DNA from: Antedon mediterranea
Lineage: Eukaryota; Animalia; Echinodermata
Length of the DNA stretch: 64,000 nt
Direction: 5' to 3'
NCBI RefSeq assembly: GCF_964355755.1
Contig: NC_092671.1
Coordinates: 19,158,001-19,222,000 of the forward strand
Made by a program: the position numbers and the translations under genes
The notes under the pieces: model-generated
Database searches by the model: none
Told to the model about the DNA's origin: nothing
What the model saw: only the letters and a program-made list of their open reading frames with translations
Shown here: one piece after another, positions 51,797-64,000 of the stretch
Position numbering within the stretch: the stretch's first letter is position 1
How the letters are laid out: each line of letters begins with the position of its first letter

Positions 51797-54700
51797 GTAA
51801 ACATTTTTGTAGCATTGGTAATTAATATGTAAATGAATCATATGTTAATTATGTTTTAGATGCTGGTTTCATTTTATTAATTTCTTGTTTGTTTTTATCA
51901 ATTGTGAGTAATTAAACTTCAAGCTTAGACTTTATAGAGAATAGGAATCAAAATTTAAATATATGAAATTTTATTTACTTATTATAAAATGGTATTTATA
52001 TTTCATATTATTTTGTTGTAATATTATTTTATTACTCTACTACTAATAATAGTACAATTTTAACATATTGCAATTGCACCTTAGTTCATTTAAACTAAGT
52101 AGAAAAGTTTTTTTTATTTATTTACTTACTGTACACTGCTTTTGCAAAACTAATTAAATGTGAAATAAATTATAATAATTAAAGAAAGTTAATTAAACTA
52201 TTACTATGCCTAATGATAACACATTGCTTGATATATGTGTTTATAATTATTATTTTTCAGTAAACATAAAAGTTTACCACCATATGAACACTAGTATAAA
52301 ATGTAATAATATATGCAGTAAGTGCTGTAGGTATTACTAGTATACATACTGTACTATATACATACATTTATTTAAATATTATATAATTATAAATTAAATC
52401 ACAGTAGGGGCCAGCTAGGCCTATGTATAAAAATAGACCACATTACACTACACTATACATTTTACAAGTTAACAAATATTTGGTTCCACTATTCATAATT
52501 CTTTAATATTAAACATTTCACATAATCAAAAACCACAGAACAAAAAGTTAATTAGATTACAATGTAGAACAGTATTGATAAATGGGATTAATATTAAAAT
52601 AAAATTACACTCAATAGTAAAATAGAACCAAATAAAAAGATAATGTATTTTTCTTGCCACAATGTTTGACATTATTCTTGTTATGGGACACCCTTGTTAT
52701 GTAATCCTTTCGATTTTTTACTAATTTAATAATAACAAGAATTTGAGCATTAATACAGTTTATTGTAAGGAAATTGTCAAAATTTACAAAATAACCAGAA
52801 ATAAATTAGACCACTTGACACATGATGGAAATTCTATAGAGGGAAGCAGATATTTTAGTTTCCCTGAGTGAAAATTCCTATAGTATTTTAGCTTCATAGC
52901 CTGCAATAAAACAGTTAAATACTCTCTTGTTTTCTGCCATAATTTTTATTACTAGTACTGTAACATTATTATGTTTTTTATTATTTCTAGAACATACTTG
53001 ATTTAGTGGATACTGAAATAAATAAGACATTTGCCATCAAACTAATAAAAAGTAAACTTCAACTTTATTTGGCCCTTATGACAGTATGTATGGATCTTTA
53101 ATTAGGTTTTAAATTAAATTACTGTTACCATCAAATCCATATAAACAATTTTTAGCCTTTTATTTTGTTGTGTAAGACAAGATGTGTATGAAAATGACAA
53201 AAAAAAAAAGACATAAAATGGTTACTCTACTATTACTAATGCTTAGGCCTTATTACATTTTAGTTGAATTTAAAGAAAGCCAAGGATACAATAGGTGATA
53301 TAGCTTTACCTAGATCATTCACCTACCATCATTTTTTTCCAAATAAGATAGTAAACTTTATGACTGATTTATGACATATGGCACTATCTTTATACTTTAT
53401 ATTTCTAAGCTGAATTTACCTTCATACAAAGAACTATAAAATGTAGGTACTGCTAGGTAAGGCATAAACATTGCCAATAAAATGATAAAATATGGCTTAG
53501 ATGCTGGTTTTAAAAAGTGTTGCCAGCAAACAAGCGTTTCTAAGTTTGTCAGATACCAAATTATAAGATTGTTTAAAATTAGTAAAAAACACTTGAAATA
53601 TTTTTTTCTACTAGGAAATGACCCTATATTCACTAGGTTACCTCAACTTAGGTATATGAAACAATAGTACAGTCTAACTACTTCCTAAGTACGCTAACAA
53701 TCGGTTTAAAGATGTGTCGGTGTAGGAGTATCATAAATGTTTTTGTACAGTATATGATAGGTTAAAGCAATAACCATTGTCTGGGTAACATTTCCTAGTT
53801 TTGTTTTTTGACACTAAATCGTACATACTTATTTATAGACAACCCAATTGTCGGAAGCCTGGTTTAAATGTTTTAACAAATGCAGGTTTCTATGATAAAA
53901 ACATACATTTATTTAGTCCTAAATTATTTATTACTAAATACTGTATCACTGTATGAGTTAACTACTGTAAATTTTGATTCTATTATTATTATGATGATAA
54001 ATTTGATTGATGAATAGTTAATTAGATACAGTATAATATAAACAAATTAAATTAGCTGAAAACACCCTTGGGCCTCATGGAAAGATCAATCAACATGAAG
54101 AAATACACCAAATATGTATCCATTTTAGTAGTTACAGCGTTTGACCTTGTTTTTGAAACTAACAATATAGTAAATAAATGTAGGTCACACCAAAACCTAC
54201 AAGTAACAATTATTTATTTCCTTTCATGTTCTTTTTATGTATATTGTAATTAAAAAAAGCTCTAACTTTTAGTATACTGTTAATTTACATACATGTGACT
54301 TAAACTGTAAACCTAATTTGCATATAGTTCTAATAGACAACATACATGATACTTGTCTGTTTAAAATATAGGGGAGGATAGTTAGATTAGGTGTCTAGTC
54401 TAATGGTCTCCATGAACACTTATGTCCATCTGTGATCTCATAATCTCAGAATATATTCCTCTTTGATCATCAATAGATTTCACTACACTGCAGTTTCCTA
54501 CAATAAAGTAACAAAATGCTACTTAAGGTTTTATATGAGAATCTATTAGTATTATAAATATAATATTATTGAAACATATTAATTAATATGATAAGATAAT
54601 AATTGACATACTGTTTATATCTGTCCACCCTCATACTCCCTCAAACAAATTATTATAAGCATAACTATAAATTTCAAAATCTCAATTGCTATAATTCTTG

Positions 54701-56278
54701 ATAGTAAGAATTAGAAAATAAATTCAATCATTTAATTAAATAATTGCCCATTGTACACATCATATACAGTGATATATAGTAGAGTACACTTAAATACTGG
54801 TACTACATTTTGGGATTGTTTATAACATTCCTGGCCTAACCCTTTAGTACAAAATGTATTGTTTAAAAGGTTTTTTTTTTTTTTGTAATCAAGTTTCCTT
54901 TGTTTGTAACTGAACCATTGTTATTTTGTTTCTTTGTTATTAAGCCCAACCCATTAAAAAATGATGGTACAGTACTTTTAAGATTTAAGTTTTGACTGTA
55001 ATTAAGTGTGTAACTAATCCCTTTGAGTATATACCACATACAGTAGCATTAATTTATGTTATAATAAATTTTTCTTGTCATTTAACAAGAAGGTTAAATA
55101 AGTTTGATCACAGAAGAGTAAAATTACACTCTTCCCTGGTTTGATGTAAAAAATGTCATTATGATTCTACACTTTATTGTTTTCCTTAAATTATGATTTT
55201 ATTATATAAATGATTACATTTTTGCATTATTTTTTTAGTTTCTAAAAATGTGGAAATAGTTTGTTAGTTTGTTTAAGCAACAAGAGTCAAAATCATTACT
55301 TTTACTTGATATAACTTGTGCAGTTAGCGTGAGAACTATTAATTGCACATGGGACATCCTCATTGGTTGAAAGTAAGTAGGATACTACACATTGTTTGTG
55401 CATGAAAAGAAACAGGGCAGTTTAGTTGTTCAATCAGAATTGTTTTGAGAATGCTGTCTCAGTGGAATGTGATAGGTGAGAAGATGGTATTTAAGGATGC
55501 TATTTGTGGGAAGTTCTTCACTCCTCCCTACAACTGTAGACACTTGACTTATTTGAATACTCTAGGGACAATCTTCAATGACTATTCTTAATTGTCCCTG
55601 AATCTTACAAGGGAAGTAGTATATTTCAAAAATCCTAAACCTGGTTTCCTATGGACTACTAGTGGATTAAGTGCCTAGCTTATATCGTCAATTAGTATTT
55701 CAATCTTTCTTTTGTTCAATGCAGTGGTGTGTCTGTTTAAATCATTTACATCATTTCTTAGACAGGTGTCACATGATAGAGTGGGGGAGGTGATCAAATT
55801 TAGCATTTTAATTTAGCGCCAAGTTTGTAAATTTTCTCTTGTTATTATTACAGAAGCATAAAGATTAAAACCACACAGGTGGAGAATTAACAGGAAATAA
55901 CAATCTTGTCCCTATTAACCTCCATTTTGTGGTTAATTTATGGATCTTTTGTGTACTTAGATCAAAGGAAATTAGCAATCTTTTGTCCTCTCCTTATTGT
56001 AACTGATAACATCAATTTTTCCACAGTCTGGTTTCACAAGATATTAAATTTTACCTGACAACTTGATTTAAGACTGGGATTATTTTAAGCTTTTTGCTGG
56101 TCACAATCTTTAAAGCAGGTACAATACAACTGCAATCAATTGTATTGATGTACAGTAAATATTTAGTTTTAAAAAGTTGTTATAAGCAAACATGTAGTCT
56201 CTATAATTGATTTTACTCAATTAGTTTATATGATACTTCAATACAGTTTATTAAGTTTTCATTGTTAGTCTATGTTAA

Positions 56279-56904
56279 AGCCCCATTCCCTACGTTTTTT
56301 AGATCTAATTTAAGATCACAAACTATATTTAATGTAAAAATAATACTATATGGTCCTATTGCGATAACTTTTTTCGTCTTTAAACGGTTAAAAATGTGAA
56401 AAATAAATCGATTTTAATAATTATAGCGGCCCGCTATAAATCCCAAAATGCATTGCGCGCGGATTGATATTGTTGTTTTTCACCTGTAATTCGCCCACTT
56501 TTCGATCGATCGTGAAGCCAAAACAAATGGAAGACTCCTAACTTTTCAGCGAAAATACTGGGTTTTCCCCAATTTGTATCAACGGAGTCTGGCAAAAATA
56601 GAAAGACAATTAATGCAGCAACTATACAACGTCAGACTAGGTATATAGCTAGCGTACGATGTTCGTACGTTACCGATGTTTACCAGCTAGGCCTACAAAA
56701 CTAAGCCTAGCTAGGCTAGGCCTGAGACCGTCCACGAGAGGTCGATCGCCGCGAGCTACTTAGGTAGTGCATTGTTTCTCACTTTTTATCATAATTTACC
56801 ATAAAACGTACATTTAAGACAAGGAATGACATGGTTTAATGTTTTTAAAGTGATATATATGTATTATTTTCCAAAAAACGTCCAAAATTGCAGGGAAGGG
56901 GTCT
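56279..56904 (-). mobile_element. Kolobok-like non-autonomous element (626 bp), inverted copy
   Basis: TTAA|AGCCCCATTCCC ... GGGAAGGGGTCT|TTAA. Reverse-complement colinear with 20448-21076. Confidence 0.87.
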
Positions 56905-58507
56905 TTAAGTGAAACACCTTTGTTTTTCACTTTTCTCAACCAGAATTGCATCATATCTAATCTGAACGGATGCCAACATTTAAACATCTTCATGTCATCT
57001 GGGATTTATCATAAGGAACTTATTGTTTTTACACAATTGACATGGCATATCTTTGTAACCTAATACCTTTGCCACTGTTCTTTCCTGTGTGTAAGCCTTA
57101 CTTATCTGTCTACCTTGTTTAAAACTCATTATTACTAAATACATAACTACCATTTTCCTGACTTAAGGTAGATTGTGGAAAAATATTACCACCATATGTG
57201 GATGCAGTTATGACCACTAGCAGAATAAAAGTAAAACATGTGCTATTATTAACATTTAAATTCTTCAACACCTGTATGCAAATTTCCATACTCTACAGTA
57301 TTTACTATACAGTACTACCAGGGAAGATTGAACCCTGGTACTAACAATATTAATATAGGATCTTTTCCAATAATAACAACTGAGCTACCTTACACTATTT
57401 GCAGTATACTAGTAATTCTAAAAATAGTTGCATCACAGGATACTGTATGGTATTAACTTCTATATCTCACAATAAACTATTCTTTATATTATTTCAATAC
57501 TTTATTAAACAAGAAAAATGTTGATTGACAAGCGGTGTTAATTAAGATAACTGTCTGCAAATGAAATTTGTTAATTCAGACAATCCACCAAAAAAATAAT
57601 AATAAGAAAGGTAAAGGGTTAAAAAAAAATAGTTTTAATTGAAGCTAACGAAGCATAAATCCTGATCGAAATTTGTGTATGATTACAAGTTCAAAGTTGT
57701 ATCCTATGAGTAATAAAAACAACATATGATATACCCATGTCAAGAAAACAATACCTATGTTATCTCATCCTGAATGAAAGAAAGGAAGTTACAAAAAAGG
57801 AAGAATAAGATTTTAATCTGCATATTATAGAAATAGGTGGTTATTTATCAAAATTTCCTCTGACTTAAAATAACTTGTGTTTATGTTCATGAACTTAATC
57901 AACCTTCCAGTTGCTGTCCAGTTGTTTAGTTAGTGTGCTTTCTCTTTTAGGCACCCTCTTTTTTGACTTGGTACAGTAGTTGCATCAGTTCAAGTTGTTA
58001 GTTGTTCCATAAAAGGTGGCACAGGTACCAAAAGTGTTTGCTTTGGATTGTAAAATGTATCAACTAATCCATTTTACTGAAAATAAAAGTTCAATTTTGA
58101 TTAGAGAAAAAGTCATGCGGTATTTGAAAACAATAAAAAAAATGTATCATATGACATTGATGATAACAATCAAATAATGTCACCTGATGTGTTATTGTCC
58201 TTGATGTTGTTAATAATGATAGTGAATGAGATGGGTGATCCATTAAATCCTTATTTAAAGAAGAAACACCTGACAACCATTGCTCTATCACCTGACTCTC
58301 CTCATACTTACTGTGTATGATGATGTCATTGAAGGGGAAGTCCCTCATAGGTTCAAGGTAGGTTTCTATATAGTGTGTAAAGTATAATCTGGGTTATACT
58401 AATATAGCAAGTTGACTTTTAAATTATATTCATTGTTAATTTTTCCTGTACTGTATATATGACTCATCTTAGTCGTTCCTGGATAAATTGTTTCCATTTT
58501 TAACACA

Positions 58508-58526
58508 ATGGGCTTCGGTAATACAG
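58508..58526 (+). CDS. ZEB2: Candidate alternative first coding exon of ZEB (MGFGNT-)
   Basis: ACAATGG start context and a strong phase-1 donor ACAG|GTATGT, in frame with the exon at 61655. Confidence 0.35.
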
Positions 58527-60164
58527 GTATGTGTGATTCATTTAAGCTAAATATGTTATACAGTTTTTTATTTTTAAATAATAATTTTTGTAATGTTTTG
58601 TAATGTACTGGAGGTAGAAATATAATCTTATTTTTTAAATAAGGTAAGTATTATATAATTGTTTTTAATTTCTAGATTAAAATTGGCCAGGTAATAGTAA
58701 ATTAAAATTAATGCTTTTCTTACATTACAGACTATTTGCAGAGCTTGTCATTGACATTTGGTTACTTTTCTAAGACTTTGAATGGAGTTTATAATTGTTT
58801 AAAATAATAAATGTAGCATTTCTTCTAAGTTAGTTCATCTGAAAAAAAATGTTAACTATTTATATTGAAATGTTTAACTAACAATCTATTTTAGTTACCA
58901 CTGCGATACCTACCACACCTACTTAAGATTCTAAATAATAAAAGCGTGCCAAGTGTGTGTGTTAGTGATACCTCTGAACAATGAGTCTAATAACAAAAGG
59001 TTTTCCCTAAATGCACTCCACATAATTCACTGTAACAGTGTACTGCATTCAGGCCACCACTTTGAATAACAAAGAAAAGATATAAATATGTTACTGTAAA
59101 TTACACAAACATCTTATTTTGATATTAATAATTATTTTTAAAATAAATAGGCCCACTTTTAAACATCATTTTCAACAATAATATAATACATTTATTGAAT
59201 TGACAATAAATTAGAAAGTAGTGAGTACAATGATCTATAATATTATGTAAATATTAATGTTTATATAATTGTAATTATCTTAACTTAATCTTCCTCATAT
59301 TTATTAAGCTAGTCAAATTAAAAAATAATTTTTACAAAGTTAGCAACTACAGTACAAGATTTATTCTAGCACTTAATGCAACTTAACAAAGAACTGCTAA
59401 ATAACAAATTTATGACTGGCTTGGCGATCTAATATCAATGAATAATTACCTGCAAGGTACCTTACAAGATTTACAGACAAAGGATCTCATCAAATTGCTC
59501 ATGATAATCACTCTAGTAGAAAAAATAAATTGTAGTTTTCATTAAATTGATTTTCATTAAATGTTTTTCCTTTATTATAATATTGGGATTTGTTATCTAG
59601 TTTTTCCCTTTTAAAATTACATGATGTAGAAATGCCTTTTGTAATTTTGAGCAGATGAGGGCTTATGTTGACAAAACCCCATTGAGAATTAATCAATCCT
59701 AATTGATTGTAAAGTATAGTTTACCTGAGTGGCCAGATTGCCTTGTGCGCGTTCTATAGAAACCAACTGAATAAGTGTGCAACACTCCTGTTACAATGTT
59801 CAACCAACCATTCCACATGTCCCCATTATAAACCAATGTATCACCTGCCTGGGGTTTTAATATAATCAGGTGTTATGGTAATTATGTTAATGAATCATAA
59901 AGCAGGCTGTGAGTGTTGAAAGCCCAGGTAGAGCATGCCAGACTGACTGGCACCAAATCAAAGGTGTTCCTTTGTTTCCTCAGGCTCAATCCCTCAGGCT
60001 CTCTTACAACATGTTTTGTTCTATATGAGTGTTAGTTATTCTTTGTCTTTCAATCTGTAACTTGTATGTCATCTCTGCTGTTCAAGCTCCATCTCATTCT
60101 CTTACTTGCCTCAGTTATGGAATAACGCATAGTAGTTTACAGCTTGCATGCATTTGATATAAAA

Positions 60165-60216
60165 ATGTATGCAAAAATAGATAAATTGTTATTGTCTGAC
60201 CAGATATTTTTAAAAG
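60165..60216 (+). CDS. ZEB2: Candidate alternative first coding exon of ZEB (MYAKIDKLLLSDQIFLK-)
   Basis: AAAAATG start, 17 open codons and a strong phase-1 donor AAAG|GTAAGG, in frame with the exon at 61655. Follows a GC-richer island (59640-60130). Confidence 0.45.
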
Positions 60217-60451
60217 GTAAGGTTGTTTGTTATTGATAATAATTATTTGTCATTTATAATAATTATTTGTTATTCATATTTTAAAATTTACATTGCTTTA
60301 CTGATGATGACATGGGAATGTGTTTTGCTTATCATACTAACGCTCCACACTGCTACTTTATTGTATAATGATAAGATTATATAATGTTAAAGTTACTATT
60401 GTACAACTTATACAACAGTATAAAACAAATTTGTAATGTCCTTATTATATT

Positions 60452-60540
60452 TCACTCTATAGTTCACTATGTCGGTCTATCTGTCGGTCCGGTATCACTA
60501 TGCGTTTTAGCACGCAACTTATGGCTGTTGGCCTTGTTTA
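60452..60540 (-). mobile_element. Short copy of the repeat family seen at 6521
   Basis: The - strand reads AACAAGGCCAACAGCCATAAGTTGCGTGCTAAAA...ACCGGACCGACAGATAGACCGACATAG. Confidence 0.5.
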
Positions 60541-61654
60541 CTTAGATTTCACTAACATTTTGTATCCTATTTTTTTAAATGGTGTTACTTATACTGTTTA
60601 GGTATATGATATAAAATAAGGATGTTCTGATATTAGAAAGAAAAGGGGAAATGTTGTTCTTTTTTCTCTTATTTCCTTATTTTAATTGTGCCAGCTAAAA
60701 CCATATTAATTGTCACTATTTGTTCACTTCATAAAGTAAATATGTGTTTATCTTGATTGAAGTGGATTCATTTATCCTGTAAGATGCTATATTTAGGGTT
60801 ATATTTTCTCCTACATATGTTCCTCATTGAACCACTTGATGAACAGTATAATTACTTGGTCAGTTATTTGTGGTGTTATTTTGATATTCGCCGCCTTATA
60901 AAGTATTCAAAGGCCAATTCAAAAACCAATAATCCTGTTAAGGAAATACTTATCAATTTATAATATGTCAAAGAAAAATAAACTTTGTTAATTTTTCTCA
61001 AGGAAGAAAAGGGTAACTCTAGTTGACTGCATAAAGTGAAAAGTTTAGTACTGTTTATTTTTTTAAATAATTTTATTATAAAGTGAACAACTGAAAATTC
61101 AACAGTTTTTTGGTCATTTTATCCACACTGTAAAGTATTATATGGCTTTTAAGGGAAAAATTGATATTAATAAATAAATATCAGTTATTTCAATTAACTG
61201 GACACCATTGGGCTGGCCTATTATGTCTGGTTTTCTAAAAAGTATGAATGTTTATATGTGCATTAATATCGGATTTGAAATAAATTATAATTTAACAATT
61301 AGCTTGTTACTTGGGGAGCAGGGAGGCTTGCAGAGGATATCTCCCTTCCCCCTGGATCTTATATCTACCTATTCAGGTTGAATTGTTTAGGTTGAAGTAG
61401 GTACGCAATTGTCTTCCTTGTATCTTATTGAGTTGTGAAGTTTCCTACTTGAGGTAGCATACTTCGCAATTTCCTTACTTCCTTCATTTTGACTTCCTTG
61501 AAATATTAAGTTCTCAAATGACATTTTTAATGTTCAAACAAAGAACTTCATAATGGCATTTTGTGTAGTACAGTAGCTATAAAAAAAAACAGTTGATGTT
61601 TCAGCAACCCCTTCAAATCTATTCACTAATTGTTTTTCTTTAATTTGATTACAG

Positions 61655-61966
61655 TTGATGATATTTTAGACAAGAATGAAACAAACAATAGCACATCGGA
61701 TCGAGGAATTGACCTTACCAATGACCCCATTTTAGAAGATTCACCCAGCTCTCCAATGAGTCGATCCGATACCAACAGTACTGATGACTCTTTTGAACAT
61801 GGAAGTTCCGAGGAGGAAATAGATATAGATGAGAATCAAGATGGTGGCGGTTCCGGAGATAGTGGAGTAGATACAGGAATTCATCTGGAAGAGTACTTGA
61901 CTAGAAGTAACACTATGGTTATTTATCCTGAAGCTGTGGATGAGGAAAGACGTGGTGAATATAAAG
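61655..61966 (+). CDS. ZEB2: ZEB/zfh-1 internal exon, acidic region ending LEEYLTRSNTMVIYPEAVDEE
   Basis: Acceptor TTTAATTTGATTACAG| (phase 1). The motif matches ZEB2 [20 protein letters not shown]. Phase-1 donor at 61966 (AAAG|GTAATA), or alternatively at 61954 (CGTG|GTGAAT). Confidence 0.9.
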
Positions 61967-62793
61967 GTAATATATTTAAAGTATTTAGTTAATCATTGTG
62001 ACGCAATTAAACTACAGCATGATGTTATTCTATATACAAAAAAAGTGTTTATACTTATGGCAAATCAACCTTTATTAAAAATCTAGTGAAATTTAAACAA
62101 TAAGCAAACAATTTGTTTTCAGTTATTATGATGCCAACTTGTAAATTTTAATTTGCACTATTTTCATTTTATTGAGCACAACAAACATGTGACTTAATAA
62201 TGCATGCATACCCTGCCTTGAACACGTGAAGTCAATAACTTTTAACAGGATTAATCATAGCTTTACTTTTGTTTTACACTATAATGTAATACATAAATAC
62301 AATAATATTGTATTGTATAACAAACCAAATACCGTTTAATAAAGAACTAAAAAATGGTATTCGCTTCACCATTATGTTCCATGTGTTAAATGACAATCAA
62401 TTGCATTGGAAAATTAACCTTGGCCTGCAGATGTTAGGAAGATGGTCTAAATTTACACATTTAAAGGTTTAGAAAAATATTGGCAATTAAATGAGGATGT
62501 TGACACATGTTGACTGAATGTTTCCGAAACTGGTGTAAAAGTAGACTGTGTTCTTAAATGCAGCGATCATAATCATTATGCACACACATTTTAGGTCATT
62601 AAGTAGGTATGTGTTAAAACAAATGAGGTGTTACACACATGTTCAGGTTAAGATCAACTTCTTAATGTATCTTCATTAGCATACATTCATTGTTAAATGT
62701 GTCTACTGACTGCATATGTCAGATCAGAGAGTATTTTTTTTCTACTAAAACTATTTGGAACTTGACTTTATATTTTCTTTTTAATGTGTTTAG

Positions 62794-64000
62794 GAGACGA
62801 AGACGAGAATGGTTTGGAGCCAGTGAACTGCCCATATTGTGATCGTACCTACAAAAGATTAACATCACTTAAAGAGCACATTAAGTACCGTCACGAGAAA
62901 GGGTCGAACAGTTTCTCTTGTCCAAAATGCAATTATTGTTTTGCGCACAAATCTCAATTGGAACGTCACATGGCAACGCACATGCCCGGTCGTAACCAAG
63001 TTTGCGAAATTTGCAACAAGGCTTTTGTGAACATTTACAGACTGCAACGACATATGTTGACACATACATCAGGAAATCGCAAATTTAAATGTGGCGAGTG
63101 CAGTAAAGCATTTAAGTATAAACATCACTTGAAGGAACACCTTAGAATTCACAGTGGAGAAAAGCCCTATGAATGCTCAATCTGCCGAAAGCGATTTTCT
63201 CACTCTGGTTCATACAGTTCACATATCAGCAGTAAAAAGTGCTCTCCAGTTCATTTACCGCCTATCATAAAGGATGCAATGGCGGCTCCTGTTAAAGTAG
63301 TTTCTGGAGATGTTTTACCAGATAGCAATGAAGGAAGTGGTAAAGAGAACAATGGACAGTCAATATCAAATAATATCTCATTCTTTTCTCCATTGCATGT
63401 TAAAATCCCTTCTCCAAATGGCCTAACACCGAATCAAAGCTTTGCTGATAAACAAAACCAACTTCATCTATCATCTCCGCCAAACGAAGCAGTAAAGAAA
63501 GTTTTAGAAATTGTTGGTGCCACTGTTACAAAGCAGCAACAGGAAGGGCAAAATACAGACATTTCCAAGATAAAAAAGACAGTAAACCCAACTCAAGAAC
63601 ATATTGAAATTATAAGTCCGAAAGTAAATACAACTGAAAAAGTTCAAGTTCCTGAAATAGTTAAAGATAAAGGCATAGTTTCTGCAAAGCTGGTAAAAAC
63701 ACCCAGTGCCCCTAATCCACCTCAAGATGACAATTACAGCATAGTTGATTACACTTTAAAGAAAGTTCACGAAGCCAAAGCTGTTGCCAGCTGCCTAGAA
63801 ACCCATCGCAAGAATAATACTGGTAGCTTGGAAAAGGTTTTTTGTAAATTTTGTGGCAAGTTCTTTGAGAACCCCATAGAGTTGCACCAACATGAAAGAT
63901 ACATTTGTACTAAGAACGAAGAAGTTCAAGAGGCTGTTAGCAGTGTGGACCAACCTCCTCCGCTTAAAAGCAATTGCAAAGAATTTTGTCGGTTATGTGG
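62794..64000 (+). CDS. ZEB2: ZEB/zfh-1 large exon (partial): N-terminal zinc-finger cluster, Smad-binding-like segment, central finger
   Basis: Acceptor TTTAG|GA and an open frame to the window end. It encodes [137 protein letters not shown] and CKFC...LHQHERYIC, all ZEB-family signatures. The ORF track missed it, probably because no stop codon lies in the window. Confidence 0.97.

Noticed and set aside
55349-55372. ATG mini-ORF MGHPHWLK ending at donor AAA|GTAAGT in the ZEB intron
   Set aside because: It is phase 0, so out of frame with the 61655 acceptor. It also shows that such ATG-donor pairs can arise by chance.
62865-63725. - strand ORFs of 62-73 aa
   Set aside because: They are antisense shadows of the ZEB zinc-finger exon.

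Overview
AT-rich eukaryotic DNA with spliceosomal introns; the ZEB protein features suggest an invertebrate deuterostome such as an echinoderm (inference). The right third holds the 5' part of a + strand ZEB/zfh-1 (Sip1, ZEB1/2-type) zinc-finger gene. Its start exon at 44675 encodes MAEISRYTRRKQANPQRKN, followed by about 17 kb of intron, an acidic exon at 61655, and a large exon from 62794 that runs off the window (five N-terminal fingers, a Smad-binding-like segment, a central finger). Inside the long intron are a candidate 42-nt symmetric micro-exon and three short ATG-initiated phase-1 exons. These three look like alternative first exons that would remove the NuRD-binding N-terminus. A second, unidentified gene appears to run divergently on the - strand from about 42.8 kb, with a probable coding exon at 27819-27978. 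The rest is intronic or intergenic DNA with many non-autonomous transposons: PIF/Harbinger with Myb/SANT remnants, three Kolobok-like copies, a hAT with a 6-bp TSD nested in a Helitron, a pogo-like MITE complex, Penelope relics with degenerate hammerheads, and a 5S-derived SINE. Several mini- and microsatellites are also present. No prokaryotic genes or CRISPR arrays were found. All coordinates and counts were read by hand.
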